DNA of 62,930 nt, filler included, from Octopus bimaculoides (taxonomy: Eukaryota), in NCBI RefSeq assembly GCF_001194135.2. It is 4 parts of 4 records of this genome, joined end to end, with 100 filler letters (N's around TTAATTAATTAA, not from the genome) between each part and the next. Parts side by side here need not be neighbours in the genome. Positions count along the whole stretch, not along the records: positions 45,190 to 58,364 come from NW_026383515.1; positions 58,465 to 62,930 come from NC_069005.1; 2 more parts are not named here. One strand, 5' to 3'. Below are positions 51,340 to 62,930 of this stretch, piece after piece. Position numbers and translations under genes: made by a program. The stretch's first letter is position 1; every line of letters starts with the position of its first letter. Under the pieces are notes generated by a model. It saw only the letters and a program-made list of their open reading frames with translations. It searched no databases and was not told the DNA's origin.

Positions 51340-51908
51340 GCACATACAAACACTCATATAAATGTAGATAGAAAAAAACAATAAGAAAAAGTTGAGAACG
51401 TGGTAAATTTTTTTAAATGCTTATATATTTCTATGAATAAATCATATTGTATTTTTTAATGTGGGAAGTAAATATTTCAATCGTATATATATATATATAT
51501 ATATATAAAAGTGAAACTACAAAAATATGTTTTTGGATTGTAAATGTTTCCATATAACAGTTTTACTATAAAAATATTAGCGTATGTTTCCACTGTGTCA
51601 GTGGAAAAAAAAAATTAAATAAAGGCAAAAAAAAATTAAATAAATTAAATAAAGGCAAAAAAAAATTTTAATAAATAAAAGGAAAAAGAGGAAGTAAATG
51701 TTTCGTATGGAAAAAGATTTTATTAAATAAATTTTAGTAGATGTTGCCAAGATTCGTTTTGAAATAGAAGGTAAATCATATTTTCCTCAACGGATTTTGC
51801 TGTCATTCAGTTTATGAAAGTTCTATGCATGCTTTTTCAATACATACGCATACATGCATTCATGCACACAATTACATACATATATACGTATGTATGTATA
51901 TATGTATG

Positions 51909-51942
<34 letters not shown>

Positions 51943-52224
51943 TGTATGTACATATGTCACTTTGTTAGCAACTGGCTTGAACTCTCTCAACAAGAATTTA
52001 CACTTTATACATCCATACATACATATATATATACACACATACATACATACATACATACATACACACATGCATATAAACAAAACATATGAATTATTTCGCA
52101 TTCCCTCAAGGCTTAAAAATTCTTATGATATCAACAATATATATCTATATATATATATATATATTCATTTAAAATGCAGAGATGCCTATAATAGGACATC
52201 TACTCGCTAGAAACAGCAGCAAAA

Positions 52225-52332
52225 GACTACATACCACAAACGTTAGGGATAATTTCGAAAGGAAATGAAAAATAAAAACTTTTATTTTTCATTTCCTTTC
52301 GAAATTATCCCTAACTTTTGTGGTATGTAGTC
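52225..52332. repeat. Near-perfect hairpin (53-bp arms, 2-nt loop)
   Basis: One mismatch; the right arm ends exactly at a gap. Confidence 0.85.
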
Positions 52333-53760
52333 NNNNNNNNNNNNNNNNNNNNNNNNNNNNNNNNNNNNNNNNNNNNNNNNNNNNNNNNNNNNNNNNNNNN
52401 NNNNNNNNNNNNNNNNNNNNNNNNNNNNNNNNNNNNNNNNNNNNNNNNNNNNNNNNNNNNNNNNNNNNNNNNNNNNNNNNNNNNNNNNNNNNNNNNNNNN
52501 NNNNNNNNNNNNNNNNNNNNNNNNNNNNNNNNNNNNNNNNNNNNNNNNNNNNNNNNNNNNNNNNNNNNNNNNNNNNNNNNNNNNNNNNNNNNNNNNNNNN
52601 NNNNNNNNNNNNNNNNNNNNNNNNNNNNNNNNNNNNNNNNNNNNNNNNNNNNNNNNNNNNNNNNNNNNNNNNNNNNNNNNNNNNNNNNNNNNNNNNNNNN
52701 NNNNNNNNNNNNNNNNNNNNNNNNNNNNNNNNNNNNNNNNNNNNNNNNNNTTTCACTCAGGCATAGTGAAAACCCGGTGTAATAACTCAATATATATATA
52801 TATGTATGTATGTACGTATGTATATATTTTAATATTTCACTCAGGCATAGTGAAAACCCGGTGTAATAACTCAATATATATATATATGCTTCAGAATAAA
52901 ATGTCAGTCAAGTACAGAGCAGTAATAGAAAACTAGAATTAGAAAACAACAAACAATCATGTTAGGAACTTCATTGCCTTACAGCAGTTTCTGCTACAAG
53001 ATGCAATGGTCTCATATTTGAGTGCTTGTGTGTCACCCTAAGGCTTCAGGCTCTGATGAAGCTATAGAGTAATACTCAAGCATTCAACCAACGGGATCAA
53101 TTTGTTTAACTAATCCCTTTACAGCAATACTCCAGCATGGCCGCAGTTCAATGACTGACACTTGTAAAGAACAGGGTAAAAATATTTCACCGTTTCCCAT
53201 ACCTTCAGTTCCTTTATTCCCTTATTCCTTTAGTCCTTTATTCTCTTTTAATCTCTGTTCACCTGTTTCACATAAGACATTTCTTGCCATTCATTCTTCA
53301 TCAGCTCAGACACCCACATAAATATCTTGTAACTGTGACAGCATTTTCTAATTTCGGTTATTCCTCCATAGATTGATGAACAATATAATTCTTTGTATAT
53401 ATACAATAACCTCCAGGTATTTATCCTGAAATCATTTTACTGTAAACTCCTTCTATAATTTTGTCTTTGTATCATCATAGATTCTATTTATGTGGCAGGT
53501 GCCTACAGGTAAAAATGGTAAATTCATTTGCAGTCATATATAAGAATTGTATGTCTGTATGTATGCATACACACACACATGCACGCACACACAAGCATGC
53601 ACATGCACACACATATATGTTGTGGTGAGAGTCATTGTCACCCCTGAAGGGCTGGAAGAATAGACAAGCCGAACTCTCATAAAGAGTGATGGTCGGTAGT
53701 AGTTGAGTGAGAGAGAGAGAGAGAGAGCGAAGTACGTCATGTGGACACATTGATTAAACT

Positions 53761-54054
53761 TCATCATCATCATCATCATCATCGTTTAACGTCCGCTTTC
53801 CATGCTAGCATGGGTTGGACGATTTGACTGAGGACTGGTGAAACCGGATGGCAACACCAGGCTCCAGTCTGATTTGGCAGAGTTTCTACAGCTGGATGCC
53901 CTTCCTAATGCCAACCACTCAGAGAGTGTAGTGGGTGCTTTTACGTGTCACCTGCACGAAGGCCAGTCAGGCGGTACTGGCAACGGCCACGCTCAAAATG
54001 GTGTATTTTATGTGCCACCTGCACAAGAGCCAGTCCAGGGGCACTGGCAACGAT
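53761..54054 (-). mobile_element. RTE-tailed non-autonomous element (left copy)
   Basis: (CAT)n then cgtttaacgtccgctttccatgctagc...ctacagctggatgcccttcctaatgccaacc. Confidence 0.8.
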
Positions 54055-54261
54055 NNNNNNNNNNNNNNNNNNNNNNNNNNNNNNNNNNNNNNNNNNNNNN
54101 NNNNNNNNNNNNNNNNNNNNNNNNNNNNNNNNNNNNNNNNNNNNNNNNNNNNNNNNNNNNNNNNNNNNNNNNNNNNNNNNNNNNNNNNNNNNNNNNNNNN
54201 NNNNNNNNNNNNTGGTATGGAACCAAAGAAACTAACATACATACATATTGTTTAGTTTTTC

Positions 54262-54495
54262 ACGAAATCGAACCAAATCCGACGAGTGACACCCATGCCA
54301 GCCTCTCTCCTTCATTGGACACTAAACTCTGCTTGCAAAGACCTGTTGGGGAAAGTGAAATCGAAATCGAGATCAAACCGAATCCGACGACTGGCACCTA
54401 TGCCAACCTCTCCTTTATTGGACACTAAACTCTGCTTGCAAAGACCTGTTGAGGCAAGTGAAATCGAAATCGAAATTGAACCATATTCGATGACT
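54262..54495. repeat. ~103-bp tandem repeat, about 2.3 copies
   Basis: ggacactaaactctgcttgcaaagacctgttg at 54317 and 54420. Confidence 0.85.
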
Positions 54496-54589
54496 GGTCA
54501 CTGTACCAGTGGAGCACTAACAGCACTGTCCGACTGTGATCATTGCTAGAGCAGCTGTCTGGCTCCCATGCTAGTGGCCTGTAAATAGC

Positions 54590-55040
54590 ACCATTTGAGC
54601 GTAGTTGTTACCAGCATCGCCTTTTAGCACTTGTGCTGGTGGCGCATTAGAAAATCAGTCGAGCGAGGTCGTTGCCAGTGCCGCTGGACTGGCTCCCGTG
54701 CAGGTGACACGTAAAAAACACCTTTTGAGCGAGGCCATTGCCAGTACCGTGTGACTGGCCCTCGTGTTACTTTAGTTACTTAATTAGTATTCTCTGGTAC
54801 TCTGTGGTTTCCATCTGTTTCATGTTTTCCATCACTTTATTATTAATATTATTAGCACGTAAAAGCACCCACTACACTCTCGGAGTGGTTGGCGTTAGGA
54901 AGGGCATCCAGCTGTAGAAATTCTGCCAAATCAGATTGGAGGCTGGTGTTGCCATCTGGTTCACCAGTCCTCAGTCAAATCGTCCAACCCATGCTAGCAT
55001 GGAAAGCGGACGTTAAACGATGACGATGACGATGATGATG
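54590..55040 (+). mobile_element. RTE-tailed non-autonomous element (right copy)
   Basis: Mirror of 53761-54054 with (GAT)n tail; about 85-bp AT-rich insertion near 54767-54852. Confidence 0.8.
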
Positions 55041-55519
55041 TCGTATCTTATGGACCAAAGTATATTGAACAATTGTGATACTTGTTTCTTCTACCTAAGC
55101 AATTATGTACAGAATGCATGGTGAGACGGCAATAAAGCAATATTTTCTAATTCCATTATTTAAACACCCATACATATTGTATTGAAATAAATAACAAGAG
55201 AATTATAATATCCAGAATGTCCTTCTATGATTTATATAATCGTACAAGAATTCAAACTGTGTTGTTTTTCATATGTCTAAACTGTTTGAGGTGTTTCAAT
55301 ACTAATTCTGTCTCACCAACCATTGCCAAGCACCACAAACCATGCTTATTATACATTCTGGCCAAGTGTACTTACTTGTGGGGGTTCAGAAGTTTGCGCT
55401 TCGCAATCGTGTCATCAGGGGTCCAGTTCCTTTGTGAGACACCTTAGGCAAGTGTCTTCTACGATAGACAGAGGCGGTGGACAGGAACTTAAAGAAGCCC
55501 ATCGAATATATACTTTTAT

Positions 55520-55885
55520 TCTTTCATTCTTTCATTCATTTCAGTCATTTGACTGCGTCCATGCTGGAGCACCACCTTTAAGTCGAACAAATCGACCCCA
55601 GGACTTATTCTTTGTAAGTCGGGTATTTATTCTGTCGGTCTATTTTGCTGAACCGCTAAGTTACGGGTACATATATACACACCAACATTGCTTGTCAAGC
55701 GATGGTGAAGCGACAAATACACACACACACACACACACACCTGATGGGCTTCTTTCAGTTTCCGTCTACCAAATCCACTCACAAGGCTTTGGTCAGCCTG
55801 AGACCATAGTAAAAGGCACTTATCAAAAGGTTCTGTACAGTGGAACTGAACCCAGGAGCATGTGGTTGGGAAGCAAACTTCATAC
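55520..55885 (-). mobile_element. SINE family C
   Basis: Tail, (CA)n and core/head present. An opposite-strand C head lies at 55385-55500. Confidence 0.85.
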
Positions 55886-56340
55886 CTGTTTTAATCTGTT
55901 TTTTTTTTTTACCCCAAATTTTTTTTTAGGGTAGGTGTGAGGGGCCAGACACAGCTGGTTTGAACATAAACCACACAGAATATTTCAGCTGGATATTGCT
56001 GGCTGTGAAATACTATATGGTTAAGTATAATTTATAAGCTAAATTTCACAACCAAAGTTAAGTTTTCATGTGTTTTTTGTAATTATCAATTATTTTTTAT
56101 GCTTCTTTCTATGGTAATCGCATTCCATTGCGGTTATATAATCGATGTTTAATGATATTTAATGACATGGCTGAAGGACATCTAGAATGGGCTTCGAACT
56201 AATCTGTCTGTCAGCTTGATATTTTTCAGGGTTTTACAGATAATTCGAGTAATATTCCCCAGGGAAATATTCTAAAGTTTTTAACGACTTCGATATGTGT
56301 AGGAAGAACTCTTTTGTAGAAGAGAACAGTTTGAGTTTAA

Positions 56341-56887
56341 CTCTTTTGCATTCAGATTATTCTGCCATTATTTTTAGGATGACATTGTAGGGTGGGTGTG
56401 AGAGGCAGGATCTGGCCTTGTTTTGAATTAATCATGAATTATCTCAGGGGTTTTCAAACAGTGGTCCGCGGACCACAGGGGGTCTGCAAGGACAAGACAG
56501 GGGGTCCGTAGACAGCAAATACTTTTTATGGGCAATTTGATTTTATATATGTTTTTTAATCGAAATCTTTTAATTGACAATAAACCTATTTGTTAAATAC
56601 TGTTAAATAAATAAATGTAAAAATATATGTTATTTTAAGCAAATATTTATGTATAAATTTCATAAGCGTTTATAAGGGGGTCCCTAAGGTAAAGCCTGAA
56701 ATATAAAGGGGTCCGCAAGTCAAAAAGTTTGAAAACTCCTGCATTATCTCATAGCTTTGAGGTCTCAATGATGTGATTGTTTATTTTTAGAATGACATTG
56801 TAGATTAAGTGTGAGAGGCTGGATCTGGCCACAAAATAATAAGTAGAATATCAAGGACAGATTTGGCCAGTTTAACCCGCTGTAGGG
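56341..56887. mobile_element. Possible piggyBac-type MITE (TTAA-flanked), host of a nested hAT MITE
   Basis: TTAA at 56337-56340 and 56888-56891, right end GGG; internal 50-bp direct repeats; TIR match is poor. Confidence 0.4.
56445..56741. mobile_element. hAT-type MITE
   Basis: TIRs CAGGGGTTTTCAAAC / GTTTGAAAACTCCTG; 8-bp TSD aattatct / cattatct (7/8). Confidence 0.88.
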
Positions 56888-57262
56888 TTAAACATTGTCA
56901 GATACAACCCTTATTTATTCGCATTGGCTTGAAGCAATCCCATATTACCCAGTTCCTTTGAGAATTTGATGACATGGTTGCTTATTTTGAGTTACCATTA
57001 CTAAGTACTGACTCCAACAACAGGCCACACACGTTGTTCATTCTGACGAAAGTGTAGGATGAGGCATAAAATCCAAAACATCACCTTATGCGTGTATTTA
57101 AAGTCCTTTTTTTAAAAAAAGAAAATAACAGTTCCAAAAAATTTTGTTAAACGTGTATATTTTATATATATATATATTTTATTATTCAACAGTTTTGATA
57201 TGAAATTAATATATGTGGATATATTAAAATATCATGAATATATGCAAATATGTATATATATG

Positions 57263-57295
<33 letters not shown>

Positions 57296-57343
57296 TCGAA
57301 AGTTTGTTCTTTATTGTTTCTAAAAGTTCAAAATGAATAACAA

Positions 57344-57374
<31 letters not shown>

Positions 57375-58464
57375 NNNNNNNNNNNNNNNNNNNNNNNNNN
57401 NNNNNNNNNNNNNNNNNNNNNNNNNNNNNNNNNNNNNNNNNNNNNNNNNNNNNNNNNNNNNNNNNNNNNNNNNNNNNNNNNNNNNNNNNNNNNNNNNNNN
57501 NNNNNNNNNNNNNNNNNNNNNNNNNNNNNNNNNNNNNNNNNNNNNNNNNNNNNNNNNNNNNNNNNNNNNNNNNNNNNNNNNNNNNNNNNNNNNNNNNNNN
57601 NNNNNNNNNNNNNNNNNNNNNNNNNNNNNNNNNNNNNNNNNNNNNNNNNNNNNNNNNNNNNNNNNNNNNNNNNNNNNNNNNNNNNNNNNNNNNNNNNNNN
57701 NNNNNNNNNNNNNNNNNNNNNNNNNNNNNNNNNNNNNNNNNNNNNNNNNNNNNNNNNNNNNNNNNNNNNNNNNNNNNNNNNNNNNNNNNNNNNNNNNNNN
57801 NNNNNNNNNNNNNNNNNNNNNNNNNNNNNNNNNNNNNNNNNNNNNNNNNNNNNNNNNNNNNNNNNNNNNNNNNNNNNNNNNNNNNNNNNNNNNNNNNNNN
57901 NNNNNNNNNNNNNNNNNNNNNNNNNNNNNNNNNNNNNNNNNNNNNNNNNNNNNNNNNNNNNNNNNNNNNNNNNNNNNNNNNNNNNNNNNNNNNNNNNNNN
58001 NNNNNNNNNNNNNNNNNNNNNNNNNNNNNNNNNNNNNNNNNNNNNNNNNNNNNNNNNNNNNNNNNNNNNNNNNNNNNNNNNNNNNNNNNNNNNNNNNNNN
58101 NNNNNNNNNNNNNNNNNNNNNNNNNNNNNNNNNNNNNNNNNNNNNNNNNNNNNNNNNNNNNNNNTTTTCATTCCCGGTTGAGAAATAAAGTAACTTGCTC
58201 AAGGAGATAACACAATTCCAGGCATTGGGCTCACAGTCTTGCAATCTTGAGTCAAACACTCTAACCATTCAGCCACATGCTTTCAAGCACCCCCCACACA
58301 CACACACACACAGACAGAGACATACATACATACATACATATAGATAGATAGATAGATAGATAGANNNNNNNNNNNNNNNNNNNNNNNNNNNNNNNNNNNN
58401 NNNNNNNNTTAATTAATTAANNNNNNNNNNNNNNNNNNNNNNNNNNNNNNNNNNNNNNNNNNNN

Positions 58465-58790
58465 TATGTGGTAGGCTATCAAAGGCCTTTTTATAGTCTA
58501 TCCAGGCTATTGACAAGTTTTTGTGTCGCTTGTGACAATCTTCTAAGATCATCTTATTGATGAGTAGCTGATCTTTACAACCATAAGATCCACGTTTACA
58601 TCCCTTTTGCTCATTAGGGAATATGCTACTTTCTATTAAAAAACTATAGGTGTACTCGGTTAGGACAGATGTTAGCGTCTTATACATTGTTGTTAAGCAG
58701 GTTATGGGTCGATAATTTTTTGGTTCGTTTGTTTCCTCATTTTTTGGAAGCAGGAATGTTAAACCATTAACTAGCCAAGAGGGCATCAAA
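58465..58790 (-). mobile_element. R4/Dong-clade RT fragment (well preserved)
   Basis: PSWLVNGLTFLLPK...KNYRPITCL...EQKGCKRGSYGCKDQLLINKMILED...AWIDYKKAFDSLPH. Confidence 0.92.
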
Positions 58791-58794
58791 CTAG

Positions 58795-61170
58795 CTCCGT
58801 AGCTACTAATGGATATGCTTCTGGTCTACATTAATTTGATTGCTAAGGGTCACATATTTGCCATGCAAAGGATTTTGTTCCCAGTTATTAACCAATTGTT
58901 CAAACGCATTTTGCTTTGCTATTGATTTCACCTTCTTTGCAACTACAGTTGCCTCACTTCCATCATGTTGTTCAACCTGGATATTATGCATAAACTCAGT
59001 TGGAAATGTTTTGCATTGTTCCATAACAGAATGGTTTTTCAATGAGCTTTAGCATCTAGTCATTATATATTTCATATATTTTGCCAGTCCAACTGTGGTG
59101 GTTTTCTAAGAGATTTCAAATTGGATCAAGCCTTGAGCTCTGGGTAGGCAAAGACGATCTGCATTTGCCTTTGGGTGGTGCATCTTATTACAAATCAGCA
59201 GCTTACGGATTTTCCTGTCAGTCTTCCATATTTCGCTCATATTTCACTTCAACACATTGAAAGGGCAAATAACAACCGGAACTGCTAAGGAATTTATAGC
59301 TAACACATTGTTATGTGCATTTAACTCCGATATTCCTTCCTGATCTTCTCTTTCATGCTTGCATGCTGAATGTCAGTGCCCTAATTTATTCCGAGTTTAT
59401 TCGAGTTTGTTCCTGCTCGAGTTCTTTTATAACTGTGCCAATATCCAACACCACTAAATGTGAAGTCTTCAATTTCCCTTTCTGAAAAGTGGCCATGGAA
59501 CATTTATCAAGACCGAATTCCATCTCGATGTCATCACTCAATATTTTCACTGTACGTAGTAGTCCTTCAAGCTCATTATCGTCTTTGCCATAGAGTTTTA
59601 AGTCATCCATATGAAATAGATGACTTATTTTCTTGTGTCGCCAATTTTATATCCAAACCCTGTTCTGTTAAGTTCCCTTGCAAGGGGGCTATGCAGAAAA
59701 TTAAAGGTGAAAGTGAGACACCTTGGAAAATGCCGCAGTTGATATTAATATTCTTTGTGATCAATACTCCATTACAGTGGTATAATTGGAGATTCGTATT
59801 CCACATTGATATGTGCTTCAGGAAGTTTGAAATTAAAGGAGAAATTTTGAAGATATCCAGCGATTTCAAGATCCATAAATGCGGTATGCTGTCGAAGGAC
59901 TTTTTATAATCAATCCATGCAGAACTGAGATTTCTACGTTTATGACAGTTCTCAAGGATCATGCGATTGATTAAGAGTTGGTCTTTGCATCCCATATAAG
60001 CCTTGTCGGCAACCTTTTTGTTCAGTGGAGAAAATATCGTTCTCTCTTCCATAAATTTGTATGTTTTATCTACGAGGATGGATGTTAAAATTTTATACGT
60101 GGTAAATAGACATGATGCGGGCCGATAGCTTGGGAAAATTTGGTTTCATTATTTTTCGGGATTAAGTAAGTAATACCTCTTGCTAACCAATCAGGTGTTT
60201 CCGTAGGATTTCTCATAATTTCATTGAATAACCGGACTAACTTTTCATGTGCACACGGAAGCGAGGAGATCCAGAAATTTGGCACCCTATAATTACCAGG
60301 AGATTTCCACTTATGAGCCTTCTTGAATGTCATCCTTAGGTCTGCTGTTGTGATGTCTTTGAATGTTTGTTCTGGTAAGTTTTGGTAGGATCCTTCTGTG
60401 CGTCTAATCCAATCTGCATTTTCATTGTAAGTCTTTTCAATACTTCAGATATTTTTCCAAAAGTTTTTAACTTCTTCCATGGAGATGGGGGGGGGGTCTT
60501 CAACGGTTATTTTTCCTATTTCTCTGAGAATGTTTTCGCATTGGATGTGAACAGCTTATTTTGCCTGTAAAATTTGTCTCTTTTCTCAAATCTTCGTATC
60601 TTTGAGCTTTTGTTTGGACTTTTTGTTGCAGTGCTTCTTTTGCTGAAGCAGTTCTTCTCTTAGTGAGAATCTATGTTTTCTCTTCATCTTGTTTCCTCTT
60701 TTGGTTTTTACATCGTTTCCACAGATTAGTTCATTCAATATTGATATTTCACCTCTCATTATTTCAATTTCTTTTTCAATTTTACTTTTCCAGTTTGGAA
60801 TACTTCTCAGGTTTGTATTTCTTTGTTTTTTCAGAGGCCTACAACTGGTTTCAATTGTCTTAGCAGCTGCGTAAATAATTTCCTTTAATTCAGTGAGACC
60901 TGCTTTTAGTTCTTCTATAATTTCTTTTGTTACATAGTTTCCAATTTTAATTTGTTTTCTATTTTGGATTGTATTTGAGAGTTTATGAAGTGATTCTCTA
61001 TCATGCATATTGCCGTGTCTTACAACTGCAAGTTTATTCAGGATTTTCTGCTTCATTTCTTTCATAGACCCTCTATGTTCTTCAATAAGTGTGTTGTCTT
61101 CAAATATTATTTCTTTACCGCTTTCCTTGCTATCTTTATCAGGTTCATTACAATTTATTATTATTGTAAT
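58795..61170 (-). mobile_element. R4/Dong-clade LINE, N-terminal region through RT and thumb, decayed
   Basis: WKSKIEKEIE; WKSPG...VPNFW; GCKDQLLIN...AWIDYKKSFDSIPH...GIFQGVSLSPL; MDDLKLY...EFGLDKC; MHHPKA. The 5' flank is (AAT)n on the element strand. Confidence 0.9.
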
Positions 61171-61190
61171 GAACCTTATTATTTCTTCGT

Positions 61191-61280
<90 letters not shown>

Positions 61281-61282
61281 GT

Positions 61283-61465
61283 CAGGATGGGAGCTGGCAG
61301 AATCGTTATCATGCTGGGTAAGATGCTTAGCGGTATTTCATCCGTTAACTTTTCCCTTCATCCTTTCGGGGGTCGATTAAATAAGTACCAGTTGAGTACT
61401 GGGGTCGATGTAATCGACTTAACCTCTCTCCCATAATTGTTAGCCTTGTGCCAAAATTAGAAACC
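61283..61465 (+). mobile_element. SINE family A with internal deletion
   Basis: gggagctggcagaatcgtta...ccttcatcctttcgggggtcgatt...gccaaaattagaaacc, inside (TTA)n. Confidence 0.8.
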
Positions 61466-62653
61466 ATTATTATTATTGTTGTGACTATTCCTATCACTTG
61501 TTCGAGAGTCCACTCACTTTGCTTAATCTTCAGCATCCCTCTTTGTTCTCGTTCTTTTTTTCCTTCATCATCGTTATCCTCTTCTCCCTCATTATCATCA
61601 TCATCTCCCTCTTCTAATGACGATGTTGATGATGAGTGATTTATTTGCCACACCGGCATTAATGAGGGGTGTATTACAAGAACACTTTAAATTTGCATAG
61701 CAGTTTACATAAAAGATGATGGGAAGAAAGGGACGATAGAACAAAATGATACAAAAATGTAGATAGTATAAAAAGTGAACACTTGGGTGAAACAGTTTTG
61801 ATACAGAACAATCTCCAGCACGAGCCAATCAAGGAACTCCACATATCATCGACTCCTGACCAGTTTCTAAACTTAGTGGAGCTTTTTTATGTCAAAGATC
61901 ATTGTCTAATTCTACTACGAAACTTATATTCCTTTCCCGAGGTTGTTTAGTTCTGGTAACGCTTATTCATTTTCACTAATTCCCGAACCGTATAGGTTGG
62001 GGGTAAGGGTGAAATCCTCAGCACTACATAGGATAATGGAGTGTTTTTTAGCCTCAAATTCTGAGATGAAACCCCACCTCTCATATCGCCTAGTGTAGGT
62101 GCTGAAAACCATGTCACTCCAATAGCAAAATTTGCATCAGCGACTGGCGGAAACCACGTCAGTCTAGTGAAGAAATACGCAATATCGAATGACGAAAAAC
62201 ATATCACTCTAATAGCGAAACCCACGCCAGGAAGTGAGAAAAACCGTTTCAGTTTAATGATGAAATTCACCCCAGCGAGTTACGAAAATCACTCCAGTGA
62301 CTAAAGTCATGTCAACAATATATCTATAGAGAGAGAGAATTACAGTTACTTTTCAGACACTGATGTCGCAAATACGCATCAGGTTTATTAACAAAATAAT
62401 TATTAGCGGCGAGTGAATAGCTGTCGCTGAAGAGATGTAGTACGTCAAAATCACGTGATTTAGCAGTTCCGGTATTCATAACATATGCTTCCCGTCTACC
62501 AACGAAATAAACATGCGTGCTTTCAAGCACCTTATGTCCATATGATAGGCCGTCTCAAAGCGAATACCGCAGTAGTCAGTGTTCAAACAAAGTTGGATAT
62601 TTAGTATTGATATTTAGTATTGCTCCTGTCGCTAATAATTCTTCAATAATAAC

Positions 62654-62741
<88 letters not shown>

Positions 62742-62743
<2 letters not shown>

Positions 62744-62930
62744 TGCTGCACAAGACCAGAGCCTCCCCACCAGAAATTACCAAAAACACATAATGAAAAG
62801 AAATATAACAAGTAACTGTAGAATATGTGGAGATGGACAAGAAACAATAAATCATATTATCTCTGGCTGCCCAGTCCTGGCTAAGAAGGAATATATTCAC
62901 AGACACGACAGAGCTGGGACCTATATACAC
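62742..62930 (+). mobile_element. 5'-truncated R4/Dong-clade element with intact CCHC knuckle, continuing past the window end
   Basis: Open frame IAAQDQSLPTRNYQKHIMKRNITSNCRICGDGQETINHIISGCPVLAKKEYIHRHDRAGTYIH starting directly after (AAT)n 62646-62741. Confidence 0.9.

Noticed and set aside
57030-57085. CTGACGA followed by ggat...atcc-aaaac (also ttgacga...gaaa near 43515-43545)
   Set aside because: Stems and core cannot be assembled without many changes; chance level.

Overview
Eukaryotic, AT-rich, repeat-saturated draft-assembly window with about 20 N-gaps (roughly 8 kb). The SINE families and microsatellite style point to an Octopus genome (inference from recognised repeats, not a database hit). 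I find no intact protein-coding gene: every interpretable ORF is a decayed transposable-element fragment, a microsatellite read-through or an N-run artefact. Retroelements: many R4/Dong-type (RLE) fragments abutting (AAT)n tracts, a near-full-length decayed RTE LINE, other RTE pieces, a CR1/L2-group RT and Penelope-like elements (PLEs). DNA elements: a Tc1 (DD34E), a rearranged maT/DD37D-type element, mariner ends, a deleted Helitron, several MITEs and foldback palindromes. There are three abundant tRNA-derived SINE families and one candidate spliced exon on the minus strand. The most interesting signal is a set of type I hammerhead-ribozyme-like modules on the plus strand. One sits in a tRNA-headed (Pol III) SINE-like element (4835-5128), one in a PLE-type terminal repeat with a 57-bp inverted arm (31410-31759), and one is degenerate (14226-14268). 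All read CCGATGA instead of the canonical CTGATGA, and together they suggest a Penelope-dependent ribozyme-SINE/retrozyme system. Also notable: a Merlin-signature MITE with a telomere-like core, head-to-tail SINE arrays, and an unusual density of near-perfect hairpins.
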